From NCBI GenBank assembly GCA_043803405.1, contig JAZDKB010000027.1, positions 32,001 through 96,000 on the forward strand: a stretch of DNA of 64,000 nt, read 5' to 3'. Below are positions 54,147-63,089 of this stretch, one piece after another. Below the pieces are notes generated by a model, which saw only the letters and a program-made list of their open reading frames with translations, did not search any database and was not told the DNA's origin. The stretch is from Spirochaetota bacterium. Lineage in GTDB: Bacteria; Spirochaetota; UBA4802; JAFGDQ01. The first letter of the stretch is position 1; the number at the start of each line of letters is the position of its first letter. A program made the position numbers and the translations under genes.

Positions 54147-54755
54147 ATGAAAACGAAAGTCAAACTCAATTTAACTGTATTTATCATTGCATGCCTTATG
54201 TTCGGATGCAGTCATAGCGATGACAAAGAGTCTTCATCTTTGCCAGGTTCACCAACTCCGCCTGTCATTAGCACATTTTTTGATTATGAAACCGATAGGG
54301 AAGGATGGTATTCAGAAAACACAACAATGATGACTGTAACACATAACACAATTGCAGAGTATGTTTTTCACGGTTCTGGCTCAGTAAAAGGCGAATGCAA
54401 CATAACCGGAACTGATCCGGTTGAAGCAAGGATTCTTTTCAGGAAAAACTACACAACTGCCATAGATATGACCGGATTAACGCTTCAATTCTACGTTCAC
54501 ATCCCGGACTCGTTGGCGGGTTTATCTTTAAAATACGGGAGTGGGCTTCTTCTTGGGCTTGGCATCGATAGCTACACAGGTTGGGCAAAAATGGAAGGCC
54601 CGGAGATCAGCACAGCCGGATGGAATCAGTTTACGTTTACTCCTTCCGGTATCGGAGAAGAAATGGTTCGAGCCATTGCTTTTAAGATTTATAAAAATGA
54701 CGGTGATGAGGCAGACTGGGCCGGGGATATTTATTTTGATTATATAAGCTGGTAA
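54147..54755 (+). CDS. Lipoprotein with possible carbohydrate-binding jelly-roll domain
   Basis: MFG-C lipobox; FDYE...EGW, GSGSVK, GWNQFTF, GDIYFDYISW; alternative start 54135. Confidence 0.7.
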   Translation: MKTKVKLNLTVFIIACLMFGCSHSDDKESSSLPGSPTPPVISTFFDYETDREGWYSENTTMMTVTHNTIAEYVFHGSGSVKGECNITGTDPVEARILFRKNYTTAIDMTGLTLQFYVHIPDSLAGLSLKYGSGLLLGLGIDSYTGWAKMEGPEISTAGWNQFTFTPSGIGEEMVRAIAFKIYKNDGDEADWAGDIYFDYISW

Positions 54756-54865
54756 ACAAGTTTTGCGCGGCAACAGCGGGCTCGCAAAGCAGCCCGTCTT
54801 TTAAGGCGGACAGCATAGGCTTCAGCCTGGCAAGGAATAAATATATTTATCATTTGGAAGAAACT

Positions 54866-55963
54866 ATGAAAACAAAAATTAAACTTACGGCAATCTTAAT
54901 GCTTTTATCCATGCTGGCGTTTGCTGCATGCGGAGGCGGTGGAAGCGATAACGGCGGCACGCCGCCCGATGTATATACTTATACTATTGACTCAATCGGC
55001 GTTGTGGGTGATGACACTTCACTCGCGCTTGATAACAGCGGTTATATACATATCAGTTATTATGATAAAACTAATGGCAATCTGAAATACGCTACGAACA
55101 AAAGCGGTAGCTGGATAACACAAAATGTTGATTCACCGGATGATGTCGGTACACATACGTCCATTGCGATTGACAGCGGAGGCTACATACATATCAGTTA
55201 TTGTTATAAAACTGAAACTGATGTCGATTTAAAATATGCCACCAATAAAAGCGGCAGCTGGAATATAACACCCTTGCATACTACGGGTGTTGCAGGCGTG
55301 TATACATCCATTGCAATTGACCAAGACGATTATGTTCATATAAATTATTTTGACGATACCAATAATCGTTTATTGTATTTCACCAATGTAAGCGGCAATT
55401 TTATCTCTCCTGAAGTTGCGGATGATTCAGGTTGTTATCTTTATATATCCAATGCCCTTGACAGCGACGATCACGTTCATATCAGCTACTGGAGCGGCCT
55501 TGCTGATTCTTTCTTAAAATACACCACGAACAAAAGCGGTACATGGGAATCTGAGACTGTAGATGACTCGACTGGTGCTGTCGGCACACATACATCCATT
55601 GCCCTGGACAGTGATGATAATGTTCATATCAGCTATCATGACGGAATGCCTAATTATATGGTAAAATATGCAACCAATAAGAGCGGCTCATGGGTATACG
55701 AATCTCTTGATGCGGGAAGTTATGTCGGCTCCTTTACTTCAATTGCCGTGGACAGCAGCGGTTATGTGCATATAAGCTATTTATCCGCTGGTTACGATTT
55801 AAAATACGCTACGAATAATAGCGGTGCATGGGTTTACAAAACCATTGATTCAACAGGCGATGTCGGCTGGGACTCATCCATTGCCGTTGACGCGGGAGGC
55901 CATGTTCATATCAGTTATTATGATTTAACAAATGGCGACTTGAAATATGCATATATTCCTTAA
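54866..55963 (+). CDS. Lipoprotein with about 7 repeats of a beta-propeller-like unit
   Basis: FAA-C GGGG; repeats VG..TSIA.D..G.VHISYY....LKYATN.SG.W. Confidence 0.85.
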   Translation: MKTKIKLTAILMLLSMLAFAACGGGGSDNGGTPPDVYTYTIDSIGVVGDDTSLALDNSGYIHISYYDKTNGNLKYATNKSGSWITQNVDSPDDVGTHTSIAIDSGGYIHISYCYKTETDVDLKYATNKSGSWNITPLHTTGVAGVYTSIAIDQDDYVHINYFDDTNNRLLYFTNVSGNFISPEVADDSGCYLYISNALDSDDHVHISYWSGLADSFLKYTTNKSGTWESETVDDSTGAVGTHTSIALDSDDNVHISYHDGMPNYMVKYATNKSGSWVYESLDAGSYVGSFTSIAVDSSGYVHISYLSAGYDLKYATNNSGAWVYKTIDSTGDVGWDSSIAVDAGGHVHISYYDLTNGDLKYAYIP

Positions 55964-56066
55964 GTTGTTATTATTACATATATTTAGAACAAATTATATA
56001 AAACAGTGACTGACTATAGAAGATTATTTTTAAAAAAACCGGATACAATTAACACGGAGGAAAAAC

Positions 56067-57521
56067 ATGAAAACAACACTAAAACTTTCAGCAATCTTTT
56101 TTCTTTTATCCACGTTGGTTTTCGCAGCCTGTGGAGGCGGAAGCAATAGCAAGAGCGGCGGCACGGCGCCGGAAACTCCGGAGCCTCTCATCGCGGACGC
56201 GAATCTCGAAGCAAGGATACGCGCGCAGCTCCCGACGCCGATTCCTGCAAGCCAGCAGCTTACTAAAGCTGATCTTGAGACGCTGACGGATCTTAACGCG
56301 AACGGGTACGGCCTTCCGGATGAGCAGAAGATTTCTAGCATTTCCGGGTTTGAACACTGTATTAATCTCACCGGCCTTGATCTGGGTTATAACCGTATAG
56401 CCGACATAAGCTCTCTTGCGGGCTTATCGGATTTAGAATCGCTTGAATTGTATGAGAATCAGGTAAGTAGTGTAAGCGCCCTCTCAGGATTGACAGCTTT
56501 GCAATATCTTGGATTAAGCGTTAACCAGATAAGCGATATCAGCGCGCTTTCAGGACTGATTGCCATGAAGGAGCTTTTTCTGGGAGGCAACACAATAAAT
56601 AATATAAGTGCGCTTTCGGGTTTAACTGCTATGGAAACTCTATATCTCGGAGACAACCAGATCAGCAGCATCAGCGTTATTTCCGGGCTAACTGTTTTAA
56701 GACGCCTTGATCTGGCTATAAATCAGATAACAGATATCAATGCGCTTTCAGGATTAACGCTTCTGGAAAATATTGATCTTTACGGCAATCAGATATCAGA
56801 TATCAGCCCTCTCTCCGGCTTAACTGTTCTTAACCGTCTACGTATAAGCAGCAATCAGATAGCAGATATCAGCGCCCTTGCTGGGTTAACGAATTTAAAT
56901 ACACTTGAATTGACCGGCAACCAGATAAGCGATATAAACACGCTTTCGGCATTGACGTCTCTGGACTCTCTTTACATCGGCAGCAACCTGATAAGCAACA
57001 TTGATGTGCTTTCAGGAATTACTGCTTTGAGGCGTCTTTCTCTGGACAGGAATCAGATTGCAGACATAAGCGCCCTTGCAGGAATGACCACTTTAGAGCG
57101 TCTCTCCGCGTACGGCAACCAGATAATCGATATCAGCGCGCTTTCCGGCCTTTCAAATATAAATTTCATTGACCTTGGTAACAATCAGATTGTCGACATC
57201 GGCGCTCTGTCAGGGCTGACTGCTTTAACTATCATTTATCTTGACAACAATGATATTGTAGATATCAGCGCGCTCTCGGGTTTATCTGTCTTGCAATATC
57301 TGCGCATAAACGGCAACGAAATTGTCAACATAAGCCCGCTTCAAAACCTGACTTTGCTGGCAAATCTTAATCTCAGGAACAATTCAATAACCGATATAAC
57401 AGCCTTGATCAACAATACTGGTCTTGGGACAGGCGATGCAGTTGATCTGCGAACAAATCCTTTAACCGATCCGGCTCAGGTGGAAACTCTAAGGGCCAAA
57501 GGAGTAACCGTAACATATTAA
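56067..57521 (+). CDS. Internalin-like leucine-rich-repeat lipoprotein
   Basis: FAA-C GGGS; cap IADANLEARIR; about 16 repeats of 22 aa (LT.L..L.L..NQISDISALSG). Confidence 0.92.
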   Translation: MKTTLKLSAIFFLLSTLVFAACGGGSNSKSGGTAPETPEPLIADANLEARIRAQLPTPIPASQQLTKADLETLTDLNANGYGLPDEQKISSISGFEHCINLTGLDLGYNRIADISSLAGLSDLESLELYENQVSSVSALSGLTALQYLGLSVNQISDISALSGLIAMKELFLGGNTINNISALSGLTAMETLYLGDNQISSISVISGLTVLRRLDLAINQITDINALSGLTLLENIDLYGNQISDISPLSGLTVLNRLRISSNQIADISALAGLTNLNTLELTGNQISDINTLSALTSLDSLYIGSNLISNIDVLSGITALRRLSLDRNQIADISALAGMTTLERLSAYGNQIIDISALSGLSNINFIDLGNNQIVDIGALSGLTALTIIYLDNNDIVDISALSGLSVLQYLRINGNEIVNISPLQNLTLLANLNLRNNSITDITALINNTGLGTGDAVDLRTNPLTDPAQVETLRAKGVTVTY

Positions 57522-57563
57522 ACAGAAAAATCATTAAATTTAATAACAAAAGGAGATATTTTT

Positions 57564-58382
57564 ATGACAAAGCTGATTATCTTTACATGCATTATCTTCG
57601 TAATGGCAGCAGTATATGGCGCAGGCGAAAAAGAATCACACGGCAAGGCCGGTAAAGTGAAAATCTATCAGATGACATGGGAAAGCGATAATGTATCCGG
57701 AAGCCTGTACGTGAACGGCTTTCTCATTAACACGTTTAAAGGCACCCAGGACACAGGGACAGCCCCGCTTAATGTATGGCTTGCAGGCAATAACGAGTTC
57801 ACAGCGGAGCTGAAAAAAGCAAAGGGAACTGAAGAAGCTCGTATATCAATAGGCCTGTCCGAAATGTATCGCGGGGAAGTAGGGAGCACATCAAGCTCGG
57901 GCAGCGTGTTCACGATTGAGAAAAAGAACGCCGACTTCGTGGGATCAAAGACTGTGAAGATAAGCCGGAAGTTCAAATCTTCCATTGATTTCACCGGCCG
58001 CTTTAACGGGAAAGGCGCGGCAGGGGAAAAGGACATAATTGAATACGCGAAGAAAGTACATAATATCATAAAGAAAAAAGACAAAGCAGGCATAGCAAGG
58101 GAATTCGCGCCCAAGATAGAGGACTACGCGAAATCATTTTCGAATGAAGATGTATACGACGAGGTAAAGAATTCCCTTATCGAAAACCTGACCGGCGGCA
58201 GCGACAAACTTGCCGACATCAATCCGGGCAGCCTGAAGGCCATAAAGGCTGGCACTGGCAGCGGTACCTGGCATGTTGTGGAAGGCGGGAAGGAGCTTAT
58301 CAGGTTCACTTCGCCGCAAGGATCGTCCGACCTGCCTGTTTACATAGGCACTGTCAATGGTTCGCTCAAGGTGATCAGATAG
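57564..58382 (+). CDS. Hypothetical exported protein (no lipobox)
   Basis: SD AAGGAG; Sec-type signal; Lys-rich. Confidence 0.8.
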   Translation: MTKLIIFTCIIFVMAAVYGAGEKESHGKAGKVKIYQMTWESDNVSGSLYVNGFLINTFKGTQDTGTAPLNVWLAGNNEFTAELKKAKGTEEARISIGLSEMYRGEVGSTSSSGSVFTIEKKNADFVGSKTVKISRKFKSSIDFTGRFNGKGAAGEKDIIEYAKKVHNIIKKKDKAGIAREFAPKIEDYAKSFSNEDVYDEVKNSLIENLTGGSDKLADINPGSLKAIKAGTGSGTWHVVEGGKELIRFTSPQGSSDLPVYIGTVNGSLKVIR

Positions 58383-58398
58383 AAAATTTTCTTAAAAT

Positions 58399-58432
58399 TT
58401 TTTGTTACGATGCAAGATGTTATTACGCTTAT
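58399..58432 (+). promoter_or_regulatory. Bipartite promoter-like motif, class A copy 2
   Basis: TTTTTGTTACGAT-N11-TTACGCTTAT. Confidence 0.65.
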
Positions 58433-58464
58433 AAGTGAATTTTAAAGACATTTTTATTATAATT

Positions 58465-58495
58465 TTTGTGACGAATTATCGAAATTCAGAACTCA
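58465..58495 (+). promoter_or_regulatory. Bipartite promoter-like motif, class B copy 1
   Basis: TTTGTGACGA-N11-TCAGAACTCA; same halves and spacing as 61982-62012. Confidence 0.6.
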
Positions 58496-58566
58496 CAATT
58501 GAGAAGGTATTTTGAACAAGATTGATAAGATGATACAAAACTTAATAATCATTTGGTAGGAAAACC

Positions 58567-59706
58567 ATGAAAACAAAAATTAGTTTTTTGGCAATCTTAA
58601 TACTTTCAGCCGCGCTTGCTTTTACAACCTGCGGCGGAGGTGGAGGAAGCAGCAAGAACGGTGGCAGTACACCGCCTCCGAGCGGCACAGTTTACCCGGT
58701 AAGTACGAGCGGAATTGACTTTAATATAATATACGTACGCGGCGGATTGACTTTTCCTGCCGGAGAAGATGATTCCGGCACAATGACCGTGGAAAATGAT
58801 TTCTATGCTGCGGAAACCGAAGCAACAAATACTCTTGTTACTGCCGTTTTCCAGTGGGCGTACGACAATAATAAATTCGATACGGACGGTGACGGAGACT
58901 TGGACGGGGATGATAATGCTGTTGTCAATGATACAGTTGTATCTCTTTACGGGGCGCCGCTTCTTGATGTTGATGAAGCACATGCGGCGAAGATATTTTT
59001 TGACGGATCCGCCCCGGCAGGAAGCGAGTTCAGCATATTGCTAACATATGAGGAAAACCCGTGCGTAAATATCGGATGGCACGGCGCAATAATGTTCTGC
59101 AACTGGCTTACCGAAATGGTAAACGGGAACGCTTCCCAAGCTGTCTATTCATGGACGGACAATGGAGACGGGGATGGGATTGCCGGTGACGAAATATGGC
59201 ATAACGACGAAACCGACGCCGATTATTCTAAATTCGGATTCCGTTTGCCTGAAGAGAGCGAATGGGAATTCGCAGCCCGCTACCTTGGAAATACTGCTCC
59301 CTCCACAGGAGGCAGCCTTGATTCCGAAAAAATCACTACAAGCGAGGACGGCCTTAACTGGTACTGGACACCCGGCGATTACGCAAGCGGGGCATCAGAA
59401 GACGTGACGGATTACGATGCGTTGGACGTAGTGGCTTGGTTCGGATTCAATGGTACCGGGAATACAACTTCCACGAAAAACGTGGGGTTAAAAATATCCA
59501 ATATTCTCGGGATTTTCGATATGAGCGGGAATGTCTGGGAATGGTGTTACACTGAAGGCGGGATGTTAAATGAAAGCAGAATAATAAAAGGCGGCTCATG
59601 GAGAGAAGAATTTCCTGGTTTCAGTGGAATAGGACGGACAATATGTCCAAGCCCATTTGAAAGCGGATATGACATTGGATTCAGGATATTCAGAAGCGCT
59701 AAATAA
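58567..59706 (+). CDS. FGE-sulfatase (SUMF1/CLec-fold) domain lipoprotein
   Basis: FTT-C GGGG; FRLPEESEWEFAAR, NILGIFDMSGNVWEWC, RIIKGGSW, IGFR. Confidence 0.9.
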   Translation: MKTKISFLAILILSAALAFTTCGGGGGSSKNGGSTPPPSGTVYPVSTSGIDFNIIYVRGGLTFPAGEDDSGTMTVENDFYAAETEATNTLVTAVFQWAYDNNKFDTDGDGDLDGDDNAVVNDTVVSLYGAPLLDVDEAHAAKIFFDGSAPAGSEFSILLTYEENPCVNIGWHGAIMFCNWLTEMVNGNASQAVYSWTDNGDGDGIAGDEIWHNDETDADYSKFGFRLPEESEWEFAARYLGNTAPSTGGSLDSEKITTSEDGLNWYWTPGDYASGASEDVTDYDALDVVAWFGFNGTGNTTSTKNVGLKISNILGIFDMSGNVWEWCYTEGGMLNESRIIKGGSWREEFPGFSGIGRTICPSPFESGYDIGFRIFRSAK

Positions 59707-59813
59707 TGTTAAATTAATATAGGGACAAATTTATCAATTACAGAATATAGCATGGAAGGCGACTATTTCGGTAACTGTTACGAATAACTAAATTTAAAAA
59801 TTTGGAGGATATT

Positions 59814-61916
59814 ATGAAAACATCATTTGAGCTTACGGCATCTTTGTTAATTTCAGCAGCTCTGCTGTTTACAGCCTGCGCTGGGGGCAGCGGAGGCGAC
59901 AGCGGCGGAGATGCAAATGTTCCGGTTACGGGAATTATGCTTAACAAAACAGAGCTTTCATTGGTAGCAGGCTCATCTGAACAGCTCATTGCCACTGTCC
60001 TGCCAACTGAAGCAACGAACAAGAACGTTACATGGTCAATAGATAATTCAACAAACATATCTCTTCAACAGGATGGCACTGTAAGTAACTACACATCGGT
60101 TGTGGATACTGCCGTAGTAACTGTAACAACCGAGGACGGAGCATTCACTGCGTCCTGCAATGTGACTGTTGAAACAAGGCCGGGCGTTTACAAATATGTA
60201 GCGGCAGGCAACGCAGGTCTGAAGATAATCGACGTCAGATGGCCTTCTGATCCGCACCTTGAGTCAACTTGTAATACTACCGGCCATGCCAACGGCGTAT
60301 TCGTAAAAGGAAATTACGCTTATGTCGCAGAATTCGGCTATGGACTCGAGATCATTGACATCAGCGACCCGGATGCCCCGGTCCGGATCGGGGGCTGCGC
60401 TACTAACGATCGTTCTTATGCCCATGCAGTATGGGTTGAAGGAAATTACGCGTATGTGGCAGATGATTACATGGATCTTGCTATTATAGATGTTACTGAT
60501 CCGGCGAATCCGGCGCTGTTAGGCAGTTTTTATACTAATGGGATTGCTGTTGATGTAACCGTCAGCGGCGGTTATGTCTATGTAGTAAACAACAATGGCA
60601 GTCTCGCGATAAAAAGCCTCAGCAATCCGGCGAGTCCGGGTTATCCTGTCTGGTATAGTGTCAATGATGCTAATAGCGTATTCGTGAGTGGAAATTACGC
60701 CTATTTAGCTGCCACTTTTGAAGGGCTTATTATACTGGATATTTCCAATCCTTTAAGTCCGGTACTTGCCGGCAGTTACAATACAGCCGGCAATGCTATG
60801 GATGTTTACGTAAGCGGAAACTACGCCTATGTTGCAGACAAAGCAAACGGCCTTGCGATAATTGATATAAGCGATCCGGCTGATCCCGGCCTCACAGGGA
60901 CTTACGATACCGGCGGATCAGCATACGGAGTAACGGTTACTGAAGACTACGCATATGTGGCCGATTTTAACGGAGGACTTGTCGTTGTAGATGTGAGTTC
61001 ACATCACAGTCCCTCACTTGAAGGTATCTATAACCTGACTTATAATCCAAAAGGAATAGATAAAACAACATTATCTTATGTATATGTGGCAGACGATACG
61101 TTCGGGCTTAAAGTCATAAGCACAGTAAATAACAAAAAACCGTCTGTCCTGGCATATCTGGATACGGATGGACATGCAACTGATGTTGAATATAACGGAA
61201 TCGATGCTTTTGTGGCAGACGGAGTACAGGGACTCAAACGCATAGGAGTAGGTGATCCGTTATTCTTATTTCTCATCGATGATATATCCCTGAATCTGGG
61301 ATATGCTCAATCTGTAAGCATAGATGGGAGTTATGCATATGTTAGCAACGGGGATCAGGGTTTGTTTAAAATTGATTTGTCTGACACTAACCACGTAAAA
61401 AATTATTCAACATTCTTCGCAAAAGACCAGGCTGTAGTCGGAGATCAGGTATTTGTAGCTACCAATGATAAGGGACTTGTGGTTGTTCATACGGCAGCCG
61501 AGGGATCATCGAATGAAACAACAGAGTTAACGGAAGTCGGTTATGGTGCCGGTATAGCCGTGTATGGCAATCTTGCTTATATGACCAGAGGTGCCGATAC
61601 CGTTGTCATAAATATTAGCGACCCGGAAGCGCCATTTGTAGCAGGCGACCCGTTTACTACAGGCGGAGGAAGAATAATTGCGGATTTAGATTATCTTTAT
61701 ATAGCCGGTCTTTCCGATGGATTGTCAATATTAAACAGGTGGACCGGCGAATTGATCGGTTTCTGCGACAACACAGGCCCGATTTATGGTTTAGATATTG
61801 ACGGCAACAAAGCCTATGTATGCGGAGGCGATACAGGGTTGCATATAATCGATATTAGCAATAAGAGTAATCCGACTATCGAATTTTCTGAAGGATATTT
61901 TATGGCTGTTCATTAA
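59814..61916 (+). CDS. Lipoprotein with one Big_2 domain and 14 LVIVD-type repeats
   Basis: SD GGAGG, ATG 59814; FTA-C AGGS; paralogous to 51736-54111. Confidence 0.9.
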   Translation: MKTSFELTASLLISAALLFTACAGGSGGDSGGDANVPVTGIMLNKTELSLVAGSSEQLIATVLPTEATNKNVTWSIDNSTNISLQQDGTVSNYTSVVDTAVVTVTTEDGAFTASCNVTVETRPGVYKYVAAGNAGLKIIDVRWPSDPHLESTCNTTGHANGVFVKGNYAYVAEFGYGLEIIDISDPDAPVRIGGCATNDRSYAHAVWVEGNYAYVADDYMDLAIIDVTDPANPALLGSFYTNGIAVDVTVSGGYVYVVNNNGSLAIKSLSNPASPGYPVWYSVNDANSVFVSGNYAYLAATFEGLIILDISNPLSPVLAGSYNTAGNAMDVYVSGNYAYVADKANGLAIIDISDPADPGLTGTYDTGGSAYGVTVTEDYAYVADFNGGLVVVDVSSHHSPSLEGIYNLTYNPKGIDKTTLSYVYVADDTFGLKVISTVNNKKPSVLAYLDTDGHATDVEYNGIDAFVADGVQGLKRIGVGDPLFLFLIDDISLNLGYAQSVSIDGSYAYVSNGDQGLFKIDLSDTNHVKNYSTFFAKDQAVVGDQVFVATNDKGLVVVHTAAEGSSNETTELTEVGYGAGIAVYGNLAYMTRGADTVVINISDPEAPFVAGDPFTTGGGRIIADLDYLYIAGLSDGLSILNRWTGELIGFCDNTGPIYGLDIDGNKAYVCGGDTGLHIIDISNKSNPTIEFSEGYFMAVH

Positions 61917-61981
61917 TAATATAACATGTTACGTCGGACGCGCAGGTTTAAATCGGCGCGTACAAATTAATTTTTATATTC

Positions 61982-62012
61982 TTTGTGACGATTCGGGTAA
62001 AATCAGAACTCA
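61982..62012 (+). promoter_or_regulatory. Bipartite promoter-like motif, class B copy 2
   Basis: TTTGTGACGA-N11-TCAGAACTCA. Confidence 0.6.
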
Positions 62013-62076
62013 ATATAGAAGGATATATTTAATAGAGTTATCAATATATCAAACAGTTTTAGAGCCCAGGAGGTAC

Positions 62077-62883
62077 ATGAAGAACATTATTAAATCATTA
62101 ATAATAATGCTGATCACAGCGCTTGTTGTCACAGCCTGCGGAGGAAGCGACAGCAGCGATAGCGGCAGCGCGCCGCAGCTTGACAGCGCTCTTTTCGCCA
62201 GGTGGGAAGGGATCACTGAGCACAGCGGTCATGATTGTCCGACATTCATGCGTTTTTACAACGACGGGCGTTTTGAGAACTACTGGCTTGACCCTGCGAC
62301 AGATGAGATAAACGGCGGCATGGCAGGGACATATTCAACAAGCGGAGTATCAATAACAGCAAACATTACAGACGGCTGGAATCCCGAAGGTCTCATGAAC
62401 TGGGATGATTTCCCGGATGAAGTAAATACCGGAACATATTCAGTATCAGGAAATGTTTTCACTTTAACAACTGAACATGCGGTTATGACCCTTTATAAAA
62501 GCATTGATCCTGCGCTTCGCAGCGACCTGGAAGGCCCATGGATACACACAGACGGAACAAAGATAATAACACTTACATTCGGTTATACTTCAGCTGCGTT
62601 CACCATGAGAGAAACAAACGGGGCTGTAACAACCGGCCTTGAACAGGGTAAGTGGGATATCTACATGTCAGTTGAGACAGGGGGTCCGTCCGGTGAGTAC
62701 ATTGAATTTATTACTGATAAATTTTTAGACGTTGATGACGCGGACGAAGATGGAAATACGTCCGAGATGCTTAACAGCTTTATTTACAGGAGATTCACCT
62801 ACACGCTCAATACAGGAGTTGTCCCGAATACTTTAACGCTGGATAATCCTGATAGTGATCCGATTTTATTCATTAAGGAGTAA
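62077..62883 (+). CDS. Lipoprotein, possibly two lipocalin-like beta domains
   Basis: SD AGGAGG; VTA-C GGSD; LFARW and LEGPW domain starts, GTYSVSGNVFTLT. Confidence 0.8.
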   Translation: MKNIIKSLIIMLITALVVTACGGSDSSDSGSAPQLDSALFARWEGITEHSGHDCPTFMRFYNDGRFENYWLDPATDEINGGMAGTYSTSGVSITANITDGWNPEGLMNWDDFPDEVNTGTYSVSGNVFTLTTEHAVMTLYKSIDPALRSDLEGPWIHTDGTKIITLTFGYTSAAFTMRETNGAVTTGLEQGKWDIYMSVETGGPSGEYIEFITDKFLDVDDADEDGNTSEMLNSFIYRRFTYTLNTGVVPNTLTLDNPDSDPILFIKE

Positions 62884-62973
62884 TTGATAGTTTAATTATT
62901 TAAAAGATCAAAAGAAGGAAGTTTTATCTTAACACAGCCTATGAGTATGTTAATAAATATATAACTTATTATT

Positions 62974-63002
62974 AGCCTGTGCGAAATCGCAGGCTTTTTT
63001 TT
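62974..63002 (+). terminator. Rho-independent terminator closing the lipoprotein array
   Basis: AGCCTGTG-cgaaat-CGCAGGCT followed by a T-run. Confidence 0.75.
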
Positions 63003-63089
63003 ATTCTGAGTAATCCTCGGTGCTATCACATATCATTTCGCCTTCGGTGTCGCCAGAGTATGCACGCATGTCATATCAAAAATCGGCTT

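Noticed and set aside
54760..54835. c-di-GMP-I riboswitch (GGCAA...CGCAAAGC)
   Set aside because: Lacks the GNRA-capped P2 stem and downstream conserved elements; CGCAAAGC is simply a hairpin loop here
51850..57400. CRISPR-like or tandem DNA repeats
   Set aside because: The periodicity is in-frame protein repeats (Big_2, LVIVD, LRR), degenerate at third codon positions; no cas genes
59775..59790. Further copy of the TGTTACGA half-motif
   Set aside because: No matching downstream half at the right spacing
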